Positions 20,338 to 31,078 of a DNA stretch of 64,000 nt are shown here, piece by piece; position 1 is the stretch's first letter; each line of letters starts with the position of its first letter. The DNA comes from an uncultured Verrucomicrobiae bacterium (lineage in GTDB: Bacteria; Verrucomicrobiota; Verrucomicrobiia; Chthoniobacterales; JAFAMB01), in contig CAVXLD010000001.1 of NCBI GenBank assembly GCA_963762565.1, forward strand, positions 1-64,000. The letters run 5' to 3'. Made by a program: the position numbers and the translations under genes. Below the pieces are notes generated by a model. It was not told where the DNA came from. It worked only from the letters and a program-made list of their open reading frames with translations, and ran no database searches.

Positions 20338-21295
20338 TGCGCACTCCTTGTCTCTGTTGGCGCTTAGCGGCGTAAGCGGTTGCAGTCACACTCACTAAAA
20401 TTACCGCTCCGGTCACTACGCCAAACGCGTACGAGGATACCCCGAGCAAGGTCAGACCGTTCTGGAGAACCGCTAACAGCAGAATGCCTAAGACCGTGCC
20501 GCTAACAGTGCCGACCCCACCCGAAAGACTGGCTCCGCCCAGTACGACGGCGGCAAGCACATCCAGCTCTCGCCCGATCAAAGCGTAGGGTACAACCTCT
20601 TCAACGCGATGAGCCTGAACAATTCCGCCGATTGCTGCCATGAACCCTGAGTAACCGTAGGCCAGGCATTGCAATCCCAGGATATTGCAGCCCATTCGCT
20701 TCGCTGCTTCCGGATTTCCACCAAGACCGTAAATTTGCCTGCCCACCGGAAATCGGCTTAGGAGCAATAGCGTTACTAACAATGCCGCCGCGGCAACTAC
20801 GACCGGAAACGGGATCGACAACCATGACATATCGCTAGTGAACCAACCTGGCAGGTCATAGATCGATTTTCCCTGAGTCACAAACATCAGGATAGAGAAG
20901 TAAAACTGCATCGTGGAGATCGTCACGATCACAGAGATCGCGCCGAGGTAATAAATCAGGAGTGCGTTCACGATGCCGAGCAAAGCACCGAACAACCCGG
21001 CAAGGCCGAAAGCGGTAAACCAGTTACCGCCGAATTTCACTAAGATGATCGCCACTAAGAATTGACTGACAGCGGCGATCGCCTCGAACGAGATATCGAT
21101 GCCGCCTGAGATTAAGACGACTAAAAGGCCGGCCGCCATAATCGCCATCACAGAGTAGTTCTCTAGCAGATCTCCAAGATTACTCAGGGTCAGGAAGGCT
21201 GGTGACAGCACCGAGAAGACGGCTACCATGATCACCACGATGCTTCCGATTTGCATGTCGTGACGACGCCCTGCCGCTCTAAGCTGACTAAGCAC
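20327..21295 (-). CDS. Sugar ABC transporter permease
   Basis: SGGIDIS, GGNPEAAKRMG, ELDVLAAVVLGGASLSGG. Confidence 0.92.
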   Translation of the reverse strand: MLSQLRAAGRRHDMQIGSIVVIMVAVFSVLSPAFLTLSNLGDLLENYSVMAIMAAGLLVVLISGGIDISFEAIAAVSQFLVAIILVKFGGNWFTAFGLAGLFGALLGIVNALLIYYLGAISVIVTISTMQFYFSILMFVTQGKSIYDLPGWFTSDMSWLSIPFPVVVAAAALLVTLLLLSRFPVGRQIYGLGGNPEAAKRMGCNILGLQCLAYGYSGFMAAIGGIVQAHRVEEVVPYALIGRELDVLAAVVLGGASLSGGVGTVSGTVLGILLLAVLQNGLTLLGVSSYAFGVVTGAVILVSVTATAYAAKRQQRQGVRNAA

Positions 21296-22803
21296 TGATC
21301 ACCTCCCGGAGTTCCTTTTCACTAACCGTTGCCGGATCGAAGGAAGCGGTGATTCGCCCTCCTAACATGACCAGGATCCGATGAGTTTGATGCAGCACTT
21401 CTTCGACTTCATCGGAGATCAGAATGATTGCGATGCCTCGGGCAGCCAACTTATCTACAATCTGGTAGATTCCTTCCTTAGCCCCGACGTCAACACCGAC
21501 CGTGGGTGAATCTAGAATGAGGATCGCCGGAGCCGTGGCTAGCCATTTAGCAAGAACGACCCGCTGTTGATTGCCTCCGGAAAGCTCTCGCACAGGCCGC
21601 TCGGCAGACTTTGTTCTGATCTGCAATTCCCGTGATCCAACGATCGATCACTTCGCGCCGGCGCCCCCCGTCGATCAGACCGAGGACAGCAGTTAGTTTG
21701 TTCAGCACGGTAACGACAATGTTGTCGGCGATAGACTGCGGCATCACCAAACCGAGCGAGAGCCGGTCCTCGGAAACATAACCGATCCCTGCGCGCACGG
21801 CTTCCCGATTTGTCCGGAGCCGAATCTGTTTACCCCGAATACGGATTTGACCTGCGTCGGCCGGGTTCATGCCGAACAGGGTAAGTGCAAGCTCGGTCCG
21901 ACCTGACCCTAACCGTCCGGTAATGCCAAGAATCTCACCAGGACGGAGTGCCAGGTCGACGCCTTCGTACTGGCCACGCCGGGTCAAGGCTTGGACCTCC
22001 AGTATTGGAGTGCTATCGCCTGAGAACGCCGGTTTCAGAGCCGCGGTGTACTTGTGCCCGGTCATCAATTCACTCAGGCGGTGGCGATCAATTTCGTTGG
22101 CTGGATAAGTTCCCACCTTCTGCCCATCTCGCAGCACGGTTACGCGTTCTGCGATTTGCATTACTTCTTCGAGCTTATGGCTAACAAAGACGGTGGCGAT
22201 ACCGTGACTTTTCAAAACTTCTACCGTTTCGAGCAAAGCGTCGATTTCGTGGTGCGTTAGTGACGCAGTGGGTTCATCCATTACCACCAAGCGTGCTTCG
22301 GCCGCCAAAGCCCTACAGATCGCGACTAACTGCCGGGCAGCGATAGGTAAACGCCCAACGGTCTCAGCAGTTGGTAAATCGACTCCCAATCGCGACGTCA
22401 CTTCTCTGGCATGGGTGATCATCTCCCGCTGGTTCACAGGCCTGGCCGACTTCTCCACGTAGCGCCGGAACATGATGTTCTCGGCCACGGACAGGTTCGG
22501 GAATAAAGAGAGATCCTGATAGATAATTTGAATCCCGGCGCGCTGGGAGACAGCCGGAGAAAGATGCGGGTGGGCCTGCTGGTCAATGACGATTTTGCCG
22601 GCGTCCGGCGCGTGAACGCCAGCCAGAATCTTGATCAACGTGCTCTTGCCGCAACCGTTCTCACCTGCCAGACAATGAACTTCGCCAGGGCGAATGGTGA
22701 AGTCGACATTGGTTAGCGCCCGAACTCCACCAAAATGCTTGCTAATGCCAAGCAGTTCGATGAAGGCGGGCGCCTCTCCGGCCGGTTCATCGGGCGCACT
22801 CAT
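21288..22803 (-). CDS. Sugar ABC transporter ATP-binding protein, split by a 1-nt frameshift near 21630 (probable sequencing error)
   Basis: GENGCGKST, MDEPT, and LSGGNQQ in the second frame; removing one G from ACGGGAATTG gives continuous WITELQIRTK. Confidence 0.9.
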
Positions 22804-22813
22804 GAAATTCTAA

Positions 22814-23104
22814 CGCGTTTGGCGTTTGGCGTTCGGCGTTCGGCGTTGGCGTTCAACAGCGGCATCGCCCACCGCGTTGGAGGTGCGGTCGCCCCGCGGC
22901 TGTGCCGTGGAGCGCTGCCTCGCTTGCGAGCCCGTTGTAATCAGCGGAGCACGTGACGCAAACCCTATTTCGGTCTACGCTCTGCGTGTCAACATTTGTC
23001 TAGTCGCGCGATCAAGAGCGCCGCCCGATAACAGACCTGGAACGTCGGCCTCCTTGCGGACCACGGCCTCGCAAGCGAGGCGACGCTCCACGGCGCCACC
23101 GCGG
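22814..23104. repeat. GGCGTT(T/C) heptamers plus inverted pair of family A REP units
   Basis: Arms 22894-22935 and 23062-23104. Confidence 0.8.
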
Positions 23105-23110
23105 ACGCCA

Positions 23111-24106
23111 TCACAATCCCAGCGCAATCAACTGGTCGACCGTGTCTTTGTTAACCTCTTGGTATTTAATGACTCGAATAACATGCGTTTCCGGATCCAC
23201 GGTCGCTTTACCGAGACCTTTGATCTCGACTCCGTCCGTGATCGGGGTTCCGTCGAGCACCATCTTCGCCACATTGACGATGGCTTCACCCGCCTGTTCT
23301 GGATTCCACATGAATCCGTCGAGGATTACCCCTTCCTTGATTAGCTTTTGGCCTTGCGAGGGAATACAAACCCCAACTAGCGATATCTTGCCGACTTTCC
23401 CTTTCTCCTTGATGGCTCGACCTGCGCCAATCGGCCCCAGGCTGCCAAAGGTGAGAATCCCCTTCAGGTTCGGATGGGCCAACATCATATTGATGGCCGT
23501 CTTGTAGCTGTCATCCACGCTTTCGGCGACCCCAAACCGGTCCGCCACCAGCTTCATTTTCGGATAATGCTCTTTTTGATAGGCAATAGCCGCATCGGCC
23601 CACAAGTTATGGAGTGGCACGGTGAGTGAGCCGACATAAAGAATGTACTCGCCCTCTTCTCCCATTGCCTTGGCCAGAGATTTCATGTGAATCTCGCCGT
23701 ACTCCTTATTGTCGATCATCTCGATATCCCACAGAGCGCCTTTCTGGCCCGGCGATTCGTGGGTAATGACGGGAATGCCGGCCTCTTTAGCCCGTTCAAA
23801 CACCGGCTCCAGCGCCTTGGCGTCATTTGGTACGACCGCGATTAAAGCCACTTTCTTAGCGATCAAATCCTCGACCGCCCGCACTTGCTGGGCCGGATCA
23901 GCGGTTGTGGGACCAACCATCGATGCGTTCAAACCATCTTCTTGCCCGGCTTTCTGGATGCCTTTTTCCATCGCATTAAACCAGGGAATACCGCCAATCT
24001 TCACGACGACGGTGACGTCTTTATCTGCGGCCAGCACCTGACTGCTAAACGCTGGCCACGAAAGCACAAATGCAGCCAATGCTGCGCGACTGAGGGGAAC
24101 AAACAT
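23111..24106 (-). CDS. Sugar ABC substrate-binding protein (LsrB/erythritol-like clade)
   Basis: Signal peptide; VVKIGGIPWFNAM, GPTTADPAQQ; first gene of ABC operon. Confidence 0.88.
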   Translation of the reverse strand: MFVPLSRAALAAFVLSWPAFSSQVLAADKDVTVVVKIGGIPWFNAMEKGIQKAGQEDGLNASMVGPTTADPAQQVRAVEDLIAKKVALIAVVPNDAKALEPVFERAKEAGIPVITHESPGQKGALWDIEMIDNKEYGEIHMKSLAKAMGEEGEYILYVGSLTVPLHNLWADAAIAYQKEHYPKMKLVADRFGVAESVDDSYKTAINMMLAHPNLKGILTFGSLGPIGAGRAIKEKGKVGKISLVGVCIPSQGQKLIKEGVILDGFMWNPEQAGEAIVNVAKMVLDGTPITDGVEIKGLGKATVDPETHVIRVIKYQEVNKDTVDQLIALGL

Positions 24107-24277
24107 GGTGATTTTTGCTTCTAGTTGATTTCCAGCTCCCAACCCAAGCCAGGAGCTGAGCGATATCTTGGCAGACTAAACAAGGACGCACCAGCCACAG
24201 CTAAGGCCGGCCGGGACGACGATGAACAATCTGATCATTCGGGGGTGATCCATCGAATCAGGTTCGATGAAAGGATT

Positions 24278-24293
24278 AGTTAAACGTTTTAAT
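24278..24293. promoter_or_regulatory. Candidate LacI operator (GTTAAACGTTTTAA)
   Basis: CG-centred palindrome core AAACGTTT upstream of the ABC-LacI operon. Confidence 0.45.
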
Positions 24294-24356
24294 TCGTCCC
24301 GTTCAGTAGTGCAAATAGCGCACTCTTGTCAAGTTAACAGAGCACTCCTGAGGCTC

Positions 24357-24751
24357 TTCGTTCTCGTCCTCGTCGTCGTCGTCGTCCTTCCGACTTCGCC
24401 ATCGTCCTGGTTGTGGAGCGCGCCTCGCTTGCGAGGCCGACCTTCGGCGGTCGGCAACATAGAGCTTTGGCTTCGTCGGACAGGCTGTCCTCGAATCCGG
24501 GCTCGCGGAGTGGTGGAGTACTGGAGTGTTGGAGTATTGCGCTTCGTCCTTGGAATGTGTGTCGGCCCATCGCCGGGAGGGATCGCGTCCTCGCGATCCG
24601 TGGCCGCGGGCAATCCGGGGAGGGCGCGCGTCCCCGCGCGCCGCGAGGACGTGCCACCACCGAACGGTGTATTTTCGTCCGCGATCAAAACACGTCCTCG
24701 GTTTCGGCCACGATCCGCGCGGCATGCCGGACGAGGACGCGCGCCCTCCCG
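24357..24751. repeat. Composite of hexamer run, family A, 8-mer run and family B
   Basis: Direct comparison with 5827-5940 and 14958-15147. Confidence 0.85.
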
Positions 24752-24757
24752 GGCGCC

Positions 24758-26242
24758 TCAGCTGTTAGGAGCGATCTTCCGCAAAACCAAGTACACGACA
24801 AAAGCGAGCCCAAACCCAACGAACCAGGCGTAGTTATACAAATCGACCAATGGACCTGGGACAGAGGTCGGAGGAATCACTTTTATCGTAACGAGAAAGC
24901 CGGGCAAGTTTGGGAGAACGGCCACCACAAACGCCACCACTGCCACCAGACTGATTCCGTTTCTATAGCGATATTCTCCCTCGCTATCGTAGAGCGCTCC
25001 GACGTTGAGTCGCCGGCCGCGCACGACAAAGTAATCCGCGATCATGATCCCGCCGATAGGCCCGAGCAAGGCGCTGTAGCCGATCAGCCAGGTGAAAATA
25101 TAACCGCTCGGGTCTGCCACCAATTTCCAGGGCATGATCAAAACACCGATAATCCCAGTAAGAAGTCCTCCGGTGCGGAACGAAATCTTTTTCGGAGCCA
25201 GCTGCGAGAAATCATTCGCGGGACTGACAACATTGGCAGCGATATTGGTGGCAAGGGTCGCGATACACAACGCCACCATGGCCACAATTAGTAATACCGG
25301 GTTCTTGAACCGCGCGAGTACATCGGTCGGATCCCAGATCGTTTGTCCGTAAATGATCGTCGTCGCCGATGTCACCGCGACACCAATAAACGCATAGAGC
25401 GCCATGGTCAGCGGTAACCCGAGGGCTTGGCCGATGATCTGGTCCCGTTGCGACTTAGCGTACCTGGAGAAATCAGGAATGTTGAGCGATAGCGTTGCCC
25501 AGAACCCAATCATTCCGGTTAACGCAGGAAAGAAAAAGGAAAAGAATTGGCCCGCTTTCGGCTGGCCCGGATCGAACGCGGAGGGTTGCGATAGAATCGG
25601 CCCGAATCCACCGGCGGTCTGATACGCCCACCAAAGCAACAGTAACCCGAGCGCGATCAACAAAGGCGCTTTGATATTTAATAGGAACCGGATCGAATCG
25701 ATTCCCATATAGACGACCCACATGTTGATCGCCCAGAAGAATAGGAAACAAGCCAACTGAGGCAGAGTGATTCCGACCACTGTGGTCATCCCCGGATCGG
25801 CCATACCTGGGAAAAATATGGCCAGGATCTTGTAGATGGCGCTACCGCCGATCCAGGTTTGAATGCCGAACCAGCCGCAAGCTACCAGCGCGCGGAGTAA
25901 GGCGGGAAGATTGGCGCCAATGGTACCAAACGAAGCCCGACATAAGACCGGGAACGGGATTCCGTAATGTGTCCCGGCATGAGCATTCAGCACCATCGGG
26001 ATCAAAACGATCAAGTTACCCAGAAAAACGGTGAGAATTGCCTCCCACCAATTCATGCCGCCGCCAATCAATGACGATGCCAGCATGTAAGTCGGGATGC
26101 AGGCCGACATCGAAATCCACAAGGCTGCAAAACTAGCCAGCCCCCATTTCCTGTGATCCCAGGAAACGGGCGCAAGATCTTCATTATACAGCGAGCCGGC
26201 ACGCGCTGCATCGAGCGTGGTTGAGTCTATAGCGGAGGACAT
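24758..26242 (-). CDS. NCS1 nucleobase:cation symporter
   Basis: LYNEDLAPV, GTHYGIPFPVLCRASFG, NIPDFSRY, NIAANVVSPAND. Confidence 0.95.
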   Translation of the reverse strand: MSSAIDSTTLDAARAGSLYNEDLAPVSWDHRKWGLASFAALWISMSACIPTYMLASSLIGGGMNWWEAILTVFLGNLIVLIPMVLNAHAGTHYGIPFPVLCRASFGTIGANLPALLRALVACGWFGIQTWIGGSAIYKILAIFFPGMADPGMTTVVGITLPQLACFLFFWAINMWVVYMGIDSIRFLLNIKAPLLIALGLLLLWWAYQTAGGFGPILSQPSAFDPGQPKAGQFFSFFFPALTGMIGFWATLSLNIPDFSRYAKSQRDQIIGQALGLPLTMALYAFIGVAVTSATTIIYGQTIWDPTDVLARFKNPVLLIVAMVALCIATLATNIAANVVSPANDFSQLAPKKISFRTGGLLTGIIGVLIMPWKLVADPSGYIFTWLIGYSALLGPIGGIMIADYFVVRGRRLNVGALYDSEGEYRYRNGISLVAVVAFVVAVLPNLPGFLVTIKVIPPTSVPGPLVDLYNYAWFVGFGLAFVVYLVLRKIAPNS

Positions 26243-26414
26243 GGGGGTTGTCGGTTACAGTTAGCAGTTAGCAGTTAGCAGTTGGTCGTTGGTGATTGGG
26301 CCTAATCACGAGCACACTGCTCGCAACTTAGAGTCCGTTACTACCAGCAACCTTCTGTTGAAATTCTCTTACCTTTGCGCCTTTGCGTCTTTGCGTGAGG
26401 TTTTCAGTTCTGTC

Positions 26415-27797
26415 TTAGTAGTATTGGGGTTCTCGTTTCAGAAAATTGCCGCGCCCGATCGTGCCGGTGAACTGCCCATCGCGAGCTGCGATCTCACCGC
26501 GAACAGTTACCACACTCGGACGCCCCTGAATTCCCCAATCCTCAAACGCGCTGTAGTCCACGTTCATCAGCTGCGTCTTGGCGGAAATCGTGCCGCGATA
26601 GTCGGGATCGAAAACTACCAGATCGGCATCAGCACCCAGTTGAATGGTTCCTTTGCGAGGAAATAGAGAGAATAGCTTTGCTACCTGAGTACTGGCGACG
26701 TTGACAAACGTATGCAGGTCGATTCGACCCGTCTTAACCCCATAGGTATAGAGAAGCTTGATCCGTTCTTCCAGAGATGGAATCCCATTCGGGATCTTCG
26801 TGAAATCATTTTTGCCCATCACCTTTTGGTCGGAAAAATCAAAAGGAGCATGATCGGTGGCGACGGTGTTGACGAGTCCGTCGCGAATTCCTTGCCAAAG
26901 GATTTCCTGGTTACGAACGTCCCGTAAAGGAGGCGACATTACGAATTTGGCGCCTTCGAATTCGGGGCGTTCAGCGTAGGTCTTATCTAACACGAGATAT
27001 TGGATCAAGGTTTCAACGCTAACCCTGACGCCGCGTTGACGGGCGGCGAGCGCTGCAGCCAGCGCCTCCTGGCAACTTAAATGAACGATATAAGTCGCAG
27101 CCCCGGTCAGTTCGGCGAACGTCATCAGATGATGTACCCCCTCCGCTTCTACCAATGGCGGACGGCTCTCGTGATGTTGGCCGGGATCCGTCTTTCCGGC
27201 AGCTAATAACTGGGCAGAACGCTCCGCGACCAAAGTCTCGTTCTCACAGTGTGCGCTGACGATCACGCCCAATTTCTTAGCCAGGGCCAGTGTTCGATAC
27301 AGCTCGGTGTCATCGATCCCAAACGCTCCTTTGTAAGCCAGAAATATTTTAAAAGAGCTGATCCCTGAGGCCACAATCTCCCGAAGCTGGCCCTCAGTGG
27401 CAGAATCATATTTCGTGACCCCCATGTGAAAAGTAAAATCGCAGGCGGACTTGCCAACTGCTTGGGACATCCAGAGCTCAAACCCTTTCAACGCATCGTC
27501 CTGGCGCGACGGACAACACATCTCGATGAGCGTCGTCGTACCGCCTGCCAGAGCTGCCTTGCTGCCGGTCTCATAGGTATCCTTGGAGTAGGTCCCCATG
27601 AACGGTAGATAGATATGAACATGGGGGTCGATGAACCCGGGAAAGACAAATTTTCCCGTAGCATCAACTACCGTGGCGTTCGGTGGCGCCGAAATATCGC
27701 GATCGATGCGCGTGATGGTTTCGCCTTCGCAATAGATATCAGCGGTGTAGCGCTCGCTGGCAGTAACGATCTCTCCGTTCTTAATCAGCAAAGGCAT
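26415..27797 (-). CDS. hydA: Dihydropyrimidinase
   Basis: PGFIDPHVH, SSFKIFLAYK, AHCEN, TDHAPF, IPNG; pyrimidine cluster context. Confidence 0.93.
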   Translation of the reverse strand: MPLLIKNGEIVTASERYTADIYCEGETITRIDRDISAPPNATVVDATGKFVFPGFIDPHVHIYLPFMGTYSKDTYETGSKAALAGGTTTLIEMCCPSRQDDALKGFELWMSQAVGKSACDFTFHMGVTKYDSATEGQLREIVASGISSFKIFLAYKGAFGIDDTELYRTLALAKKLGVIVSAHCENETLVAERSAQLLAAGKTDPGQHHESRPPLVEAEGVHHLMTFAELTGAATYIVHLSCQEALAAALAARQRGVRVSVETLIQYLVLDKTYAERPEFEGAKFVMSPPLRDVRNQEILWQGIRDGLVNTVATDHAPFDFSDQKVMGKNDFTKIPNGIPSLEERIKLLYTYGVKTGRIDLHTFVNVASTQVAKLFSLFPRKGTIQLGADADLVVFDPDYRGTISAKTQLMNVDYSAFEDWGIQGRPSVVTVRGEIAARDGQFTGTIGRGNFLKREPQYY

Positions 27798-27802
27798 AAG
27801 CT

Positions 27803-28017
27803 CAACCACGAATGGACGCGAATATTAACCGCGAATGAACACGAAACCGCGAATGGACGCGAACGGGGGAGGAAAAGCAAGGCGAACCGCAGCCCCGAAA
27901 TTCTCCAGGGTGAAATGGACGCAGATTTACACAGATAATTGCCGGCTTCGATGCGTTCATCTGCGGTTCGTTTTAGGTTTTCCTTTATTCGTGTCAATTC
28001 GTGTCCATTCGCGGTTA
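27803..28017. repeat. Nested inverted repeat, same 10-mer family as 4872-5074
   Basis: CCGCGAATGGAC.CGAA units and ATTCGTGTCCATTCGCGG. Confidence 0.85.
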
Positions 28018-28034
28018 GGTTTTTTGTGGTTGGT

Positions 28035-29189
28035 TCACTGCTCCTCCTTCGCCAAGGCTTCGGAGGACGAGCGGGAAAGTGAGTCCGATTGCTGGACGAA
28101 TGAGTCGCCGCTCCATTCGGCGTCACTTCTGACCGATTTAGTCGTCGCAGCCTTTTGCGCGGCTTTACGTTCGGTCTGGCGGCGGACTAGATCCGAGTGG
28201 GACGTGAAATAGTCGAGGGATTTCCCTTTGAAATCCGATAGGGTCTCGAACTGATGCTTCTCCATGAATTGGAGCAACTCGTCTCGCATCGGCTTGATAG
28301 ACTCGTATCCGGATTTCATAACTCCTGTGCAAACCTGAACCGTGTCAGCGCCCAGCAGCATGAACTGCGCCGCGTCCCCGCCGGTTTCGATACCGCCGAT
28401 CCCAGAAATCGTCCGACCAGGAAATTCTGACCGCACCATGTTGGCAACTTCCATCACCATGCGGAGCGCTATCGGCTTGACCGCTTTAGAAGAGTAACCG
28501 CCGGGCGTCGTGTAGCCTTCGACAGTGGGTTCCGGCCGCAAGGTGTCGAGATTCACTCCCATTACGCATCGGATAGTATTGATGAGACTGACTCCCTGGG
28601 CGCCGCCACGGAGAGCCGCTCGACTCGGATCCTCAACCCGGGTAATATTCGGCGTCATCTTTGCCCAGAGCGGCTTTTTGCTTGCTGCTGCTACCCAGCC
28701 ACAAACTTCTTCCAGAATCTCTGGATCTTCTCCCATTGCGGATCCCATTTTTCGCTCCGTCAATCCATGCGGGCAGGAGAAATTCAATTCAAAACCGTCC
28801 ACACCCGTTTCCTGACATCGTTCAACGATCTCAAACCAGGCGTCCTTTCGGTATTCTTCCATGATAGAAGCGATCAGGATCCGGTCTGGAAAGCGGTCTT
28901 TGCATTTTTTAAATTCTTCGATCCAGATCTTAAGCGGTCGATCGCTGATTAGCTCGATGTTCTCCCAACCGACCACTTCCTGTTTATCATGGGAAAACAG
29001 TTTGGCGTAGCGGGGAGCAACATTGATGACTTTCGAAGCCTCGAGACTGACTGTTTTAGCGATGACGGCTCCCCAACCTTCCTGGAACGCTTTGCTGATT
29101 ACATTCAGGTTAGTCCCGGGCGGGCCGGACGCGATGATAAACGGGTTGGGTAGATTCAATCCGTCAACAGTAGTTGCTAGGGTCGGCAT
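28035..29189 (-). CDS. preA: Dihydropyrimidine dehydrogenase FMN subunit, plant PYD1-like, no C-terminal ferredoxin
   Basis: NPFIIASGPP, NIELISDRP, NFSCPHG, KMTPN, VQVCTG; no CxxCxxC motif. Confidence 0.9.
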   Translation of the reverse strand: MPTLATTVDGLNLPNPFIIASGPPGTNLNVISKAFQEGWGAVIAKTVSLEASKVINVAPRYAKLFSHDKQEVVGWENIELISDRPLKIWIEEFKKCKDRFPDRILIASIMEEYRKDAWFEIVERCQETGVDGFELNFSCPHGLTERKMGSAMGEDPEILEEVCGWVAAASKKPLWAKMTPNITRVEDPSRAALRGGAQGVSLINTIRCVMGVNLDTLRPEPTVEGYTTPGGYSSKAVKPIALRMVMEVANMVRSEFPGRTISGIGGIETGGDAAQFMLLGADTVQVCTGVMKSGYESIKPMRDELLQFMEKHQFETLSDFKGKSLDYFTSHSDLVRRQTERKAAQKAATTKSVRSDAEWSGDSFVQQSDSLSRSSSEALAKEEQ

Positions 29190-29484
29190 TCTCCTATTCC
29201 CCTCTCTGTTGCAAAGTTAAGCCGACAACGTGAGATGGTTCCGTAGGAATTTCAAGATCGGTTTGCGGCAGGAAACAGGATCGGGAGGGATCGCGTCCTC
29301 GCGATCCGTTGTTATTGGAACCCAGCGCGTCCGCAAGTCGTCTGACAAAAATGCATTATGGGGTTCAGACGCACGGTCCAGGCGTGCGGGGACGCGCGCC
29401 CTCCCCGCCCATCCCCCTCCTTTTTCCTTTGCCTGCCTTTACTACTGGCGACATCGTTGTTTGCTAGTCGTGACGAGGTTTCCC

Positions 29485-30714
29485 ATGCTGAATCCGAAAC
29501 GAACGGTTGCCGAACTCAAAGAGCTCCGCGCATTGACGGCGGACGAAAATGGAGCCCAACGCGTGGCTTTCACTGAAACCTGGAGTCGCGCGCGAGGCTG
29601 GCTCCGGGAGAAGTTGCAAGCATTGCCGGTTGAGATTCACTCCGATCCCGCGGGGAACGTTTGGGCCACACTCCGCGGCAAATCGGAGCGATCATTGTTG
29701 ATTGGTGGTCATATTGATTCGGTCCCGAACGGCGGCTGGTTGGATGGTTGCCTCAACTTGCTGGCCGGCGTTGAGATCCTGAGACGAGTCAACGAGCAAT
29801 ACGATGGTAAACCTCCGGTCACAGTCCGGTTGGTCGACTGGGCTGACGAAGAAGGCGCAAGATTCGGCAAAAGCTTGTTCGGATCGTCTGCCTGTTCCGG
29901 AAATCTCGACCTCGAAGAAGCGCGTACCCTGGTCGACAAGGACGGAGTTCGTCTGCCGGACGCATTGAAGAACGTAGGAATCGACCTGGAGCGAGCGAAA
30001 GAAAGCGGCAACGAATTGAAAAATGCCGCTGCCTATATCGAATTGCACATCGAGCAGGGACCAGTGCTTCTCAATCTGGGTCTGCCGCTGGGAGCGGTTC
30101 TGGGCACCTTCGGTGTTGAACGACACGCCATCACCTTTCACGGCCAAGCTGCACACTCGGGCAGTACCCCCATGCACGTCCGCAAAGACGCCTTTCTGGC
30201 TGGGGCAAAAATGAGTCCCGAGATCTATCGGATCGCCGCGGCTCACGGTGGCGTTTGCACAATTGGTTCGTGCACGACAAAACCCGGCATCGTGACCAGC
30301 GTGGTCGAAGACTGCCGTATTACCCTGGATCAACGACACTTGGATGCAGTGGGCTTGTCAAAAATGCTGGAAGACGCGAAGCAGGCCAGCCAGAAGTTTG
30401 CCGAGCAAGGAAATGTCCGCGTAGCTTGGGAACGAATCTGGCAAATCGAGCCGGTCTTATTTGATCCTCATTTAATCGGCCTTTGCCACGAGGCCATCGA
30501 AGAGACCTGCGGCAAGACGCATCGCCTTCCGTCAGGCCCGCTCCACGACGCCGCTGAAGTCGCCCGGGCCGGTATTCCAACCGTCATGATGTTCGTTCAA
30601 AGCCTCCACGGTATCAGTCACAACAAAATCGAAGACACCGAAGAAGAACATTTGGAACTGTGCGTCACCGCTTTCGACCAACTGGCCGAGAAAGCCATGA
30701 ACCTTATCGCCTAG
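29485..30714 (+). CDS. Zn-dependent M20 amidohydrolase (beta-ureidopropionase/N-carbamoylase family)
   Basis: GGHIDSVPNGG, DEEGARFG, ELHIEQGP, HSGSTPM, SGPLHDA, ISHN. Confidence 0.9.
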   Translation: MLNPKRTVAELKELRALTADENGAQRVAFTETWSRARGWLREKLQALPVEIHSDPAGNVWATLRGKSERSLLIGGHIDSVPNGGWLDGCLNLLAGVEILRRVNEQYDGKPPVTVRLVDWADEEGARFGKSLFGSSACSGNLDLEEARTLVDKDGVRLPDALKNVGIDLERAKESGNELKNAAAYIELHIEQGPVLLNLGLPLGAVLGTFGVERHAITFHGQAAHSGSTPMHVRKDAFLAGAKMSPEIYRIAAAHGGVCTIGSCTTKPGIVTSVVEDCRITLDQRHLDAVGLSKMLEDAKQASQKFAEQGNVRVAWERIWQIEPVLFDPHLIGLCHEAIEETCGKTHRLPSGPLHDAAEVARAGIPTVMMFVQSLHGISHNKIEDTEEEHLELCVTAFDQLAEKAMNLIA

Positions 30715-30739
30715 CTGCAGATTACAAAAAAGATATTAG

Positions 30740-30927
30740 ATCCGCAGATTACACAGATTACGCAGATTTCTAAGAGAATACGGACGAAAGTCCCTATGAC
30801 TGAATCGAATGCAACGCCGGCGCACTCCGGCAAAGTCGCATTCGCCTAAGCATTATTTGTTATATAGGCCAGCGGAGACGAACTGCCTCTCACACCGTAA
30901 TCTGCGTAATCTGTGTAATCTGCGGAT
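30740..30927. repeat. Perfect 29-bp inverted repeat of GATTAC(A/G)CA 9-mers
   Basis: 30740-30768 is the exact reverse complement of 30899-30927. Confidence 0.9.
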
Positions 30928-31078
30928 TTTTAAACTCTTGGGTTCGGTGTCAGTTGTGGCTCGATTTCGCGCCCTCTCCAAGCCAGTCTTTTCTTTGCGT
31001 CTTTGCGGCTTTGCGTGAGATTTTGGCTTCGTTACGGCTTTGCTGCCTCGCGTAATCTGCGGATCTTATTTTGGATTT

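Noticed and set aside
18269..24106. Calling the ABC operon lsrACDB (AI-2 uptake)
   Set aside because: Binding protein is only LsrB-like; no lsrK/lsrF/lsrG, and the regulator is LacI rather than LsrR type
24267..25291. ORFs 24267..24833 and 24413..25291, plus similar ones at 12569, 17700, 22826, 35767 and 61825
   Set aside because: Read through repeat composites (recurring VERASLARP, VLEYWSVG peptides) or antisense to real genes
29209..29225. Sigma54 promoter upstream of preA
   Set aside because: GG to GC spacing is 9, not the required 10
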